DNA from: Malacoraja senta
Lineage: Eukaryota
Direction: 5' to 3'
NCBI GenBank assembly: GCA_038087875.1
Contig: CM075992.1
Location: 6,698,001 to 6,762,000, forward strand
DNA length: 64,000 nucleotides
The translations under genes were made by a program, and so were the position numbers. Shown piece by piece: positions 25,526-37,317 of this stretch (the stretch's first letter is position 1; every line of letters begins with the position of its first letter). The notes under the pieces were generated by a model that did no database searches, was not told the DNA's origin, and saw only the letters and a list, made by a program, of their open reading frames with translations.

Positions 25526-26569
25526 TAGCAATGTTACAACATTTTGAGATTTAAAAAATTAAGTCTGCAATGTATCCCATCAGATAAAGCATAAAAAGAA
25601 GTTTAATTTGACACCTAATTCACTTTCATATCTCCAGTATTAAAAAAGTTATGGCCATTTTCATACTCGGAAATTAGCATCTTGTTCCCTATTGCTTTTC
25701 CATTGACTTAACACAAAAGCTGTGATCAAGGACAGTCAAAAGCCCATAACTTTCTTAAAAATTAAGATAACTGAAAGAAATTTTCAGTTATTATAGATGG
25801 AAGCATTCTGAAACAAATATGAAACAATCTTACTTAGAAGACATGAAAGTAAAGCATATAATTAGTTAGTTACCTAATTGTAGCTAATTACAAAATTCAA
25901 TTACTAGATCTAAACATCTATCAATTTCTTAAGAATAAATTAACACTTTTAAATAGCCTAAGTGTCCAAATAACATTCACACAATAATTCACAATATAAC
26001 ATAATTTTTAAATCTCATTTTCATGAATTTACAGGCCAAATGGAAGGAATTGAATGTTTAATACCTGTAAATAAATGGGCATTTAAATCATCTTGTAAGT
26101 GAGGATTTCTGGAACGTGATCTTTTGGAACGTTCGTTTGCGGTGAATTTAACCCCGTATTGGCATGAAAAATACTGCCGTTAGTTCGGGGAATAAAATCA
26201 CCGTGTCGCATGAAAAAATGTGAATTAAAGGCTTCTTAAGAAGCACTTTTATACATTTAAAGAAACCACTTTCGTTTACCTGTCCCGTGTGTGAAATCCG
26301 TCCCCGTTATCGGCGTTGACGCTTCAGGAGCTGCTTTTAAAATTACTCTAGCGCTGACATTGACGATTTAATAAAAATTAAAAATTCACAAAACGCCGCT
26401 AGGAACGATTTGTCAGCCAACGCTTGTACTCCAACGAAATATAATTCAGGACAAGGGAGGAGAAACCGCGTTTTAACCCCGCCCCCCCCTCCTTAAAGGC
26501 GCCAAAATCACGCACACGGCCAGTGGCAGAATTACAGCGCGACTGAAGGTAAGTTTTGTAACATACCTA
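25526..26569. mobile_element. Non-autonomous DNA transposon (hAT-like ends) in the TIMM29 intron, splitting a V-SINE
   Basis: TIRs TAGCAATGTTACAA / TTGTAACATACCTA (12 of 14 match); 7-bp TSD CTTAGGA at 25519-25525 and 26570-26576; no ORF. Confidence 0.8.
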
Positions 26570-27813
26570 CTTAGGAGTGTGGGAGGAAACTGGAGCACCC
26601 GGAGAAAACCCACGCGGTCCCAGGGAGACTCCGTACAGACAGCACCTGTAGTCAGGATTGAACCTGGGTCCCTGGCGCTGTGAGGCAGCAACTCTACCGA
26701 TGTGCCGCTTGTAGAGCTGTTTGTGATATGAACAAATGATCTGGATGAAAAATGTGTAGGAAGGAACTGCAGATGCTGGTTTACACTGAAGATAGACAAA
26801 ATATGCTGGTGTAACTCGGCGGGACAGGCAGCATCTCTGGAGAGAAGAAATAGGTAACGGGGAAGTTAGGTCTCGACCCAAAACGTCACCTATTCCTTTT
26901 CTCCAGAGATGCTGCCTGACCAGCTGAGTTACTCCAGCGTCTTGTGTCTATCTTTGGACGATAATGTAGATGGCTTGTTAGTAAGATATAAAATTTGGTG
27001 GAGTTGCAGACCGACTGTGTTTAGGATGCAAATCAAAGTGCCCGTGGGGGTGGGATTTTCATAGATACAGTGTGGAAACAGGCCCTTTGGTCCAACTTGC
27101 CCACAACGGCCAACATGCCTCATGTAAACTGGTCACACCTGCCTGCCTTGGTCATATCTCTCTAAACCTGTCCTTTCCATGTACCTTTCTAAATGTTTCT
27201 TGAACATTGCGATAGTACCTGCCTCAACTACCTCCCGCAGCTCGTTTCATACACCCACCACCCTTTGTACGGTTTTACCCCTCAGGTTCCCATTAAATCT
27301 TTACCCCCCCCCCCCCCCTCACCTTAAACCCATGTTCTCTGTTTCTCAGTTCCTCTACTCTGGGGAATAGACTGTGCAGTTACCCCATCTATTCCTCTCA
27401 TGATTTTGTACACCTCCAAGATCACCCTTCATCCCCCTAAATTTCTAAACGGAATTTGATGAGAAATTAGCAAAACTCAAGGTGCTTTCAGAACTCGGGG
27501 TCAGGCAGCATCTGGAGGGAATAGACAGACTGGAAGTTGGGTCCCAACCCAAAACATTGTCTGTCTTTTCCTTCCAAACATGCTGTCTGACCTGCTGAGT
27601 TCCTCCAGCACTTTGTCTTTAGCTCAAGATTCCAGCACCTGCAGTTCCTTGTGCCTGGATGGGTATATAATTGGGAGGGCTGTGTGGGTGGAGTGGATTG
27701 CTGTGCTAGCAGTAGGACATTCTCGATGGGCTGAATGTCTGCCTACTGTGCATATTGACTCTGAATCATTGGGACAAAGTGTGGTTTTCATACGTTACTT
27801 CATGCTCCTGCAG

Positions 27814-28420
27814 GTGCGTGGATGCGGAGTCTGGTTGCTGATTATCGAGAGGCGTGTAAAGAGATCGTAGTGGGGGCAAGGGATAATCCGTGGAAGGCAT
27901 CCCTTTACTGCCTCCTGCTGGGGGGGCTACCACCTGCGCCTACTACAACCCCTCCGAAAAATCCTTCCAGGAGTCTCTGTTGGAGTCCTCCAACCAGCTT
28001 CTGGTGCTGTCACCCTTGGTCCGTAGTTGCCACGCAGACCGGCACATCCAGAAGCTGGTGACAATTAAAACCCAGGGCCGTCTCCGGCATGTGAGTTTGG
28101 GTGTCTTCTCCCTGGTGTACACGGCCCCCTACGACCCGGACACCAGCATCTACGGCGCGCATTGCGAGTACCTGAGGCCAAGATGGTCGGACTTTCCAGA
28201 CCGGGTTTTAGACCTGGGCTTCCTCGGCAAATGGTGGGTGCTCGTCTCCAAGATGAAAGACTGGGACATCAATGACGACGAGTTTGCCCACCTCCCTGCT
28301 GAGCTGCGGACCGTCACACCACAGAACCTCCACTCGGCTGAGAACGAGAGACTGTTTGAATTAAAGTTCCAGCCTATCATTCTCCGCGAGGAGGACATGC
28401 AGGAGGGGGAAGGAAGCTGA
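27814..28420 (+). CDS. TIMM29: TIMM29 coding exon 2, with apparent -1 frameshift at G7 run 27920-27926
   Basis: Acceptor ctcctgcag|; (G)AWMRSLVADYREACKE...LYCLLLGG continues in another frame as ATTCAYYNPSE...LDLGFLGKWW...DINDDEFAHLP...ENERLF...; matches TIMM29 motifs; adding one G gives a 252-aa ORF. Confidence 0.93.
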
Positions 28421-28807
28421 CGGGCACTGCTCACTGCCATACCACGCCACGAAGAATACAACTCAACACCTCTAATATAGACCAGGACAATGCAGAAACA
28501 GGCCTTTCAGCCCAATGTGTCTGTGCCAACCATGATGCCACTCTAATTAATCCAGGTTCCTGCATGTGGAGTGTGTCTCTCTATTCCAGCCTGTGCATGT
28601 GTCTGTCGAAATGTTGTTGCCCACTTCCTCTCAACCCATTCTTGGTTGGTTAAACTTGGCACTGCTATAAATGGTTTAAAAATAAACAGTTCTATAATTA
28701 AGACATCATGCCGTGATGTTTAGTTTTAGTTTAGTTTCGTTTATTTTAGAGATACAGCGCAGAAACAGGCCCTTCGGCTCACCGAGTCTGCACCAACCAG
28801 TAATCCC

Positions 28808-29143
28808 AGCACAGATGGCGCAATAGGCTAAGTGTTCGGCTGGCAACCGGAAGGTAGCCGGTTCGAATCCCGCTTGGAGTGCATACTGTCGTTGTGTCCT
28901 TGGGCAAGACACTTCACCCACCTTTGCCTGCGTGTGAATGTGTGTGAATGATTGGTGGTGGTCGGAGGGGCCGTAGGCGCAGATTAGCAGCCACGCTTCC
29001 GTCAGTCTGCCCCAGGGCAGCTGTGGCTACAGAAGTAGCTCACCACCACCGAGTGTGACTGAGGAGTGAATGAATAATGCGATGTAAAGCGCCTTGAGTA
29101 TTAGAAAGGCGCTATATAAATCCCATCCATTATTATTATTATT
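28808..29143 (+). mobile_element. tRNA-derived CORE-type SINE with L2-like tail, nested in a V-SINE
   Basis: A/B boxes (TGGCGCAATAGG; GGTTCGAATCC); core GTGTCCTTGGGCAAGACACTT; tail GTAAAGCGCCTTGAG...AAAGGCGCTATATAAAT plus (ATT)n. Confidence 0.85.
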
Positions 29144-29159
29144 ATCCTACACACACTAG

Positions 29160-29213
29160 GGGGTGGGAGATTGCAACCTTAACTTGGTCCACTCTGTTTC
29201 AACGAATGCAATC
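29160..29213 (+). ncRNA. HDV-like ribozyme fold (L3 degenerate in this copy) at the 5' end of a short retroelement (about 29160-29320)
   Basis: P1 GGGGTGG/CCACTCT with G1-U wobble, P2 GATTGCA/TGCAATC, P3 ACC/GGT, 7-nt L3, J4/2 C-GAA; element ends in an (AAG)n-like tail. Confidence 0.75.
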
Positions 29214-29902
29214 AACCCGACGTGCACAAACAAGATCACACAGAGCAAGTTGACCTGCAACTTGAGGCTGTGCACGCCATACGCAAGAAGAAGTAGAAGA
29301 CACGTAATAGGGACAATTTTACATTTACACCAAGCCAATTAACCTACAAACATGCACATCTTTGGAGTGTGGGAGGAAACCGAAGCATTCGGAGAAAATC
29401 CACACAGGTCACAGGGAGAAGGTACTAACTCCGTATAGATAGCTCCCGTAGTCAGGATCGAAGCCGGGTCTCTGTAAAGCAGCAACTCTACCGCTGCGCC
29501 ACCATGTGGTGTGAACCCTTTTTTGCTGTCAGGTTTGATGCAGGAACAAGTTACCACAGCAGTGAAATACTGGACCTGAGATTCTCCTTTCTCAATGTGA
29601 GCTCTGCACCTCCAGGTAACGTGGGTTTGGAATCCCTGGCCTTCAACAGCGCAGCATCTCCTTACTGGGCCAGTGAAGTACCAGTCTGGTGTTGCTGCCT
29701 CGGATAGAGGTGGGGACTGGAGCTGGGGTCCTTGCGGGTGAGAAGGGCTGCCCTGGGTCGCTGCCCTGAATCAAGGCCATAACTCCCAGTTGAGTTTTCC
29801 GTCTGGGATTCACCATTCGTGCATTGCTGAGCAGGCAATAGCCACGTCCTCTGGAAGTGATGCCTGTGCTGACGAGTGAACAAAATGGGGCATTTCTCTG
29901 AA

Positions 29903-30124
29903 GGTAGACAAAATTGCTGGAGAAACTCAGCGGGTGAGGCAGCATCTATGGAGCGAAGGAAATAGGCAACGTTTCTGGCCGAAACCCTTCTTCAGACCTG
30001 ACTACGGGGTTTGGGCCCGAAACGTTGCCTATTTCCTTCGCTCCATAGATGCTGCCTCACCCGCTGAGTTTCTCCAGCACTTTGTCTACCTTTGATTTTC
30101 CAGCATCTGCAGTTCCTTCTTGAA
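29903..30124 (+). mobile_element. PLE-derived fold-back mini-element
   Basis: Inverted arms; 12-bp TSD CATTTCTCTGAA at 29891-29902 and 30125-30136. Confidence 0.88.
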
Positions 30125-30400
30125 CATTTCTCTGAACACAGCTCTCCTGCAGGCACAGCCAGATGTACTGCTGCTAAATGCCAGTTGACATTTGTTGGAG
30201 GCGTTTGGGGTGGTGTAGTGGTAGAGTTGCTGCCTCACAGCGCCAGAGACCCGGGTTCAATCCTGACCGCAGGTGCTGTCTGTACAGAGTTCGTACATTC
30301 TCCCTGTGACCGGGTGCTCCGGTTTCCTCCACACTCCAAAGACCTACAGGTTTGGAAGTTATTTGGCTTTGCTAAAATTGTAAATTGTCCCTAGTGTGTA

Positions 30401-32095
30401 TAGTGCCCTCCATAATGTTTGGGACAAAGACTCATCATTTATTTATTTGCCTCTGTAATCCACAATTTGAGATTTGTAATAGAAAAAATCACATGTGGTT
30501 TACATTGTCAGATTTTAATAAAGGCCATTTTTATACATTTTGGTTTCACCATGTAGAAATTACAGCAGTGTTTATACATAGTGCCCCCGTTTCAGGGCAC
30601 CATAATGTTTGGGACACAGCAATGTCATGTAAATGAAAAGTGGTCATGTTTAGTATTTTGTTGCACATGCTTTGCATGCAATGACTGCTTGAAGTCTGGG
30701 ATTCGTGGACATCACCAGTTGCTGGGTTCTTCTCTGGTGATGCTCTGCCAGACCTGTATTGCAGCCATCACTAGCTTATGCTTGTTTGGGGGGCTAGTCC
30801 CCTTCCTTTTTCTCTTCAGTATATAAAAGACATGCTCAATTGGGTTCAGATCGGGTGATTGACTTAGCCACTCAAGAATTGACCTTTTTTTAGCGTTGAA
30901 AAACTCCTTTGTTGCTTTAGCAGTATGTTTGGGATCGTTGTCTTGCTGTAGAATGAACTGCCGGCCAATGAGTTTTGAGGCATTTGTTTGAACTTGAGCA
31001 GATAGGATGTGTCTATACACTTCAGAATTCATTATGCTACTACCATCAGCAGTTGTATCATCAATGAAGATAAGTGAGCCAGTACCTTCAGCATTCATAC
31101 ATGCCCAGGCCATAACACCCCCACCACCGTGTTTTACAGATGAGGTGGTATGCTTTGGATCTTGGGCAGTTCCTTCTCTCCTCCATACTTTGCTCTTACA
31201 TCACTCTGATATAAGTTAATCTTCATCTCATCTGTCCACAAGACCTTTTTCCAGAACTGTGGTTGCTCTTTTAAGCACTTCTTGGCAAACTGTAACGCGG
31301 CCATCCTATTTTTGCATTAACCAGTAGTTTGCATCTTGCAGTGTAGCCTCTGTATTTCTGTTCATGAAGTCCTCTGCGGACAGTGGTCATTGACAAATCC
31401 ACACCTGACTCCTGAAGAGTGTTTCTGATCTGTCGGACATGTGTTTGGGATTTAATCCTTATTATAGAGAGAGTTATTTTGTCATTAGCTGTGGAGGTCT
31501 TCCTTGGCCTGCCAGTCCCTTTGCGATTAGTAAGCTCACCAGTGCTCTCTTTCTTCTTAATGATGTTCCAAACAGTTGATTTTGGTTAGCCCAAGGTTTG
31601 ACTGATGTCTTCTTATAAGGCAGAATAAAACAGTCTTCTTCTTCTGAGGCAGAATAAAACAGTTTTATTCTTGTTTCTAAGTCTCATAAAGGCTTATTTG
31701 ACTTTCATTGGCACAACTTTGGTCCTCGTGTTGATAAACAGCAATAAAAGTTTCCAAAGGTGATGGAAAGACTGGAGGAAAGACTAGGTGCTGAGAGCTC
31801 TCTTATACCTGCATTAATGAGGCAATTAAACACCTGAGCAATTACAAACACCTGTGAAGCCATGTGTCCCAAACATTATGGTGCCCTGAAATGGGGGGGA
31901 CTATGTATAATCACAGCTGTAATTTCTACATGGTGAAACCAAACTGTATAAACATGGCCTTTAATAAAATCTGACAATGTGCACTTTAACCACATGTGAT
32001 TTTTTTAATTACATATCTCAAATTGTGGAGTACAGAGGCAAATAAATAAATGATGGGTCTTTGTCCCAAACATTATGGAGGTTTGTCTCAAACAT
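30401..32095 (-). mobile_element. Defective Tc1 (DD34E, IR/DR-type) transposon inserted at TA in a V-SINE
   Basis: About 220-bp inverted repeats with inner and outer CATAATGTTTGGGACA repeats; ORF remnant 30712-31113 with QQDNDPKH...SPDLNPIE (34 residues between D and E); N-terminal part disrupted; SINE halves on both sides. Confidence 0.93.
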
Positions 32096-33616
32096 TAGGA
32101 TAGCGCCAGCGCATGGCGGCCTCATTGGGCTAATGGGCCTGTTTCCGTGCTGTATATCTAGTCTAAAAAGTCAGTGGCACTCTCCCGCCATCATGTGGTG
32201 ATCACAAGTAGTGTTGCAAACCTGAAAACCACCGGATGGTCCCAACCCGAAACGTCGTCTGCCAATTCTTCTCCACAGATGCTGCCTGACCTGCTGAGTT
32301 ACTCCAGCTTTATGTGTCAATCTTTGGTTTAAGTCAACATCTGCTGATCCTTCATCCTCAAAGCTTTTGTCGCCTCCAGTTTCCCCCCACCTCTATCTTT
32401 CAATCTTCCAGCACCTTGATGGGTGACTGAAGCTGAGAAGTGGAGACACAAGAAACTGCAGATGCTGTAATGTTGTTGCGAAACACAGCTGGAGTAACTC
32501 AACAGGTTAGGCAGCATCTGTGGAGGGAATGGACAGATAAAGCCTGCAGTTTCTGGAAATATGAAATAAAAAGGGAATGCTGGATGCACTCAATAGATCC
32601 GGCAGCATTCAAGGAGAAAAAAGCGAGACCCGAAACGTCACCTCTTCCTTCACTCTATAGCTGCTGCCTCACCCGCTGAGTTTCTCCAGCATTTTTGTCT
32701 ACCTTTAATGTTACAAAATGATGACTTTCATCAGAACTGGCCACTTCTGATATACATTAGAACGTTTGGTTGTGTAAAGTTGAATTCAGTGTTGAGTCCC
32801 AAGACTTGTTACATGCCGTGTTAGAATAATGAAAGACACTGAAAATGCAGATGCTAAGTGCTCCGTTCAGTAACGCCGCAAACCAGACTCGAATGAAGTA
32901 GGTGCCTCTTGCCTCTGGTGGAACTGTTGCATTGGCGTTTCCAGTGGTTCCATGGATCTGTGGCACAGTGTGGGAGAGAGAGACGGGTGAGTGGGGTTGG
33001 AGGAGGTCAGGGAGAACACTGAATGGAAGGAGATTCAGGGACGATGAGACTGAGGGTGAGTGAGAGAGTTCAAGACAAGGCTGGACAGTGAGGAGGTGGC
33101 AGTGGGCGGGGGCTTCATTGTCCGACCACCCCCCTCCCCCACTTATGTGTGGGCAAGGGAGGTGTTGACACACCTACCCACTAAACTCTGTTTATAATGC
33201 AGAAGATAGACACAAAAAAGCTGGAGTAACAGCATGTCAGGAGAAAATGAATAGGTGACGTTTAGGGTCGAGACCATTCTTCAGATATGCAGAAGAGCCT
33301 GGTCATAAGAAATAGGAGTAGAATTAGGCCATTCGGCCCATCAAGTTTACTCTGCCAGTCAATCATGGCTGATCTATCTGGCCCTCCCAACCCCATTCTC
33401 CTTCCTTCTCTCCATAACCTCTGACACCTGTACTAACCAAGAATCTATCTATCTCTGCCTTAAATATCTCCACTGACTTGGCCTCCATGGTAAATAAGTC
33501 AGTAACCGTGTTCACCATTTTCCCCACTCTAAAGGCTGCAGTAAGTAATGATTTCAATATCCCATTCCCGTGGTGCGTACCATTAAACGTTATCTGTTTA
33601 TTTATGTGTGTATATA

Positions 33617-33809
33617 CAGTGGCTTGCAAAAGTATTCATACCCCTTGAACTTTGAAAACCATGTATAATTTTCCTTCCACTTCACAATTATGCGCCACTT
33701 TGTGTTGGTCTATCACATAAAATCGCAATAAAATACATTTACGTTTGTGGTTGTAACGTGACAAAATGTGGAAAAGTTCAAGGGGTATGAATACTTTTGC
33801 AAGACACTG
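33617..33809. mobile_element. Tc1/mariner-derived MITE
   Basis: About 37-bp TIRs CAGTGGCTTGCAAAAGTATTCATACCCCTTGAACTTT (1 mismatch); TA flanks on both sides. Confidence 0.92.
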
Positions 33810-34363
33810 TATATGGTCTATGCTATATAGATACATTGAACTGTTCTGTATTTATGCTTACAATCCTCTGTTGTGCTGCAGCAAGCAAGAATTTCATTGT
33901 CCTATCTGGGACACATGACAATAAACTCTCTTGACTTGACCCACAAAACAAGATGGTAGCACAGAAGGAGGTAGCAAATCATCCTGGAACCCAAGGGCAT
34001 GTGTAAAGTAAGGAGATGGGCAACTTATTTTTTTCCAATATACTTTATTCAGAATGAAAAATATATACAAAACAAGAACAGTGCAGAAACGCTTCCGACA
34101 CTCTCGGCCTCTGTACATTAATTAGTGTCACGTGCGGTGGTGTTCACAATCAGCCCTCAAACCATGGCCCCTTGCCACTCGTGTGGCCCCCTGGCGTAAT
34201 ACCCCATCCGATGTATCTCCACCGAACTCTGCCCCTCAATCGAGCACCAGCCCCTGAGAAAGGATGCTCAACAATGAGTTTGGATGAGCTGAGTTACGTT
34301 TTATCAGAAAGTAGAAACAAGGAACTGCAGATGGTGGTTTATACCAAACATAGACACCCGGTG

Positions 34364-36133
34364 CTAAAGAATGAGAACATCTTGGATGTCCTGGTATGGA
34401 ACATCTCATCTTGGGCGCAGATGCGGCGTAGACGGAGGAATTGGGAGTAGGGGATAGAGTCTTGAGAAGAAATGGGTGACGCTGGAGAAGATGGAGAGGC
34501 AATGTTTCGTGCCAAGAACCTTCTTCGGGACCATGTTCTCCAGAAATGCTGCCTAACCTACTGAGTTACACCAGAACTTTGTCTTTTTTTTGTAAACCAG
34601 CATCTGCAGTTCCTTAGTTCTACAGGCACTTGAAGAGAGCTGGTTTCGGGAATGGAAACAAATGAGCACATTCCCAGTCATTCCCGCTGCTGTCAGGCAA
34701 CATCTCTGGGGGGGGGGGAGGCTGTGTGACATTTCGGGTCAGGGTTAAGAAGGGTCCCGATCCAAAACATCGCCCTTTTTTTCTTCAGAGATGGTGCCTG
34801 ACCCGCTGAGTTACTCCAGCACTTTGTGTATCTTACGTTTTATCAGTGCTCCCTGCGTGAGTGGATTGAGATTAAGGTCTGAGTGGAAAGCAAAGACTGA
34901 AGAAGGGTTTCGGCCCGAAACGTTACCTATTTCCTTCGCTCCATAGATGCTGCTGCACCCGCTGAGTTTCTCCAGCATTTTTGTGTACCTGGGCAGAGAA
35001 TCTCCTGATTGTAGTGGGGTCAGATTTCCTCTCTGCAGGAAGGTCATTTACAAAGCGCGGGGAGGAAATCTTCCCATTGTAATTATCCAGTCAACATTCA
35101 GTCACCTAGAACACTAGGTGTGAGAGTCTTGCATTTAGAGAATGCCTCATTATTTCTCAAGGCACTCAACAGTCAGTGTCTTACATCACAGCAGGAAGTC
35201 ACTCAGCCAGTAGAACCTGCCTCCATGAAAGGGCTCTCAATTCAATTCAAACACAGGACAAATAAGCCATTTAAAAAGAAAAAACATTTAAAACCACGCA
35301 AACTGTTCACCCGCAACGCTGATTACACTGCGAGAGGCATAACTGAAGTCGGGTAAGGGTTACTGAAATGGCGAAAGTTACGCTCCGTTGCGTACTACAC
35401 GTCAGTTCATTGGATTTTGCAGGAGTGGGCCATCTTTTTGCTCCGCACTAAGATCTTTGGGGCTGAGTAATTTACTCTGACTGCCCACAATTGTCCCTAT
35501 TAATTTGCAGAACAGTTATTGGAAACAATGCAGTCAATTAGATGGAGGTGAGGCTTAATAAATAGATTATTGGACTGCTAAAATCAATTTATTTGAATAA
35601 GTATATTTATAGACCCATGCAAACAAAAAATCTTCGTAAACAATAGAGTGGAAGGTAGTTATTTATGTGTAGGAAGAAACTGTAGATGCTGGTTTACACT
35701 GAAGGTAGACACAAAATGCTGCAGTAACTCAGCGGGACAGGCAGCATCTTTGGAGAGAAGGAAGTTATTTATCAATTGAGCACAGAATCAATCTTTGTCA
35801 CTGGCAGCAGCGGGAATGACTGGGAATGTGCTCATTTGTTTCCATTCCCGAAACCAGCTCTCTTCAAGTGCCTGTAGAACTAAGGAACTGCAGATGCTGG
35901 TTTACAAAAAAAAGACAAAGTTCTGGTGTAACTCAGTAGGTTAGGCAGCATTTCTGGAGAACATGGTCCCGAAGAAGGATCTTGGCACGAAACATTGCCT
36001 CTCCATCTTCTCCAGCGTCACCCATTTCTTCTCAAGACTCTATCCCCTACTCCCAATTCCTCCGTCTACGCCGCATCTGCGCCCAAGATGAGATGTTCCA
36101 TACCAGGACATCCAAGATGTTCTCATTCTTTAG
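34364..36133. repeat. 333-bp near-perfect inverted duplication (34364-34696 / 35801-36133)
   Basis: About 2 mismatches by manual comparison; about 1.1-kb spacer. Confidence 0.92.
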
Positions 36134-36725
36134 AGAACGGGAGTTCACCTCTCCCATCATCGATGAGGCCCTCACCCATGTCTCCTCGGTAGCCCGCGGC
36201 TCCGCCCTTGCTCCCCTGCCCCAGTCGCAACAGAGGCAGAGTCCCCCTAGTCCTTTCCTTCCACCCCATCAGCCGTCGCCTTACAACACATAATCCTCCA
36301 AAATTTCCACCACCTCCAACGGGATCCCACCACCAGCCACATTTCCCCATCTCCACCCCTTTCCGCCTTCCGCAGAGACCGTTCCCTCCGTAACTTTTTT
36401 TTCTTTTCCTTCCTCCCACAATATGTAATATGTAAAAGAATATGTGATTCTGTTCCATTCTGTTTGTTTGTTTGTTTTTCGCACAAAGTCCGCGAGCATT
36501 GCCACTTTTCATTTCACTGCACATCTCGTATGTGTATGTGACATATAAACTTGACCTCTCTGATTAACTCATCTCTTCCCACCCAAACCACCCCTCTCCA
36601 GGTATCTTCCCCTGCAACCGCATAAGATGCAACACCTGTCCCTAAACCTCCTCCCTCGACTCTGTCCAGGGACCCTGACAGTCCTATCAGGTTAGGCAGA
36701 GGTTCGCTTGCACCTCATCCAGCCT
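36036..36725 (+). mobile_element. Decayed Penelope-like fragment interrupted by a LINE 3' tail (about 36393-36557)
   Basis: DSIPYSQFLRLRRIC motif and RVPLVLSFHP motif, similar to the 40.9-kb copy. Confidence 0.8.
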
Positions 36726-37317
36726 CCTTGTCTTGGAAGCTATTCAGTTAGCCCCTCCTCCATGCGATTGTCCCATTGCCATTTTTCATTGAAAGAATTT
36801 TCCAATTTACAATTCCCATTGTGAAGGTTTGAGGTCACCCAACTCAGTACCGACTGTGATGGAAGAAAGGACATCCCAGGACTGAACTGTTGAACAATAT
36901 GTCAGCTGCTGGAGTTATTAACCCAGCTCTCGAGTTCTAAATAGTTTGCAATTCACTTTTATTCTGGCACTAGTATTGAATCAGGGTACACTGAATGGTG
37001 TCAAACTAACCATCACACTGTTTTAACAGTTCTGGTGAGTAAATAATGCACAAAGCTTCAAGCTTACTATTTGGTTTTCATTCACTTAAGGAGATTTATA
37101 TTTAAAGAGAGAATCATAGATTATTTCCATCTCCCGCAGCAGGATTGAAGCATTTATTAACTGTCGGCAGTAGTATTTGGGACAGTAGGCACCTCTGGTT
37201 TATTGCCACTTATTCCACTTTGCGTGCAAAGTTCCCCTGTAGCTGCTTGCAGACATATGACAAGATGCTGATTAGACCACAGTTCTGTGACACCATCCCT
37301 CTGGAAAGAAATACTAG

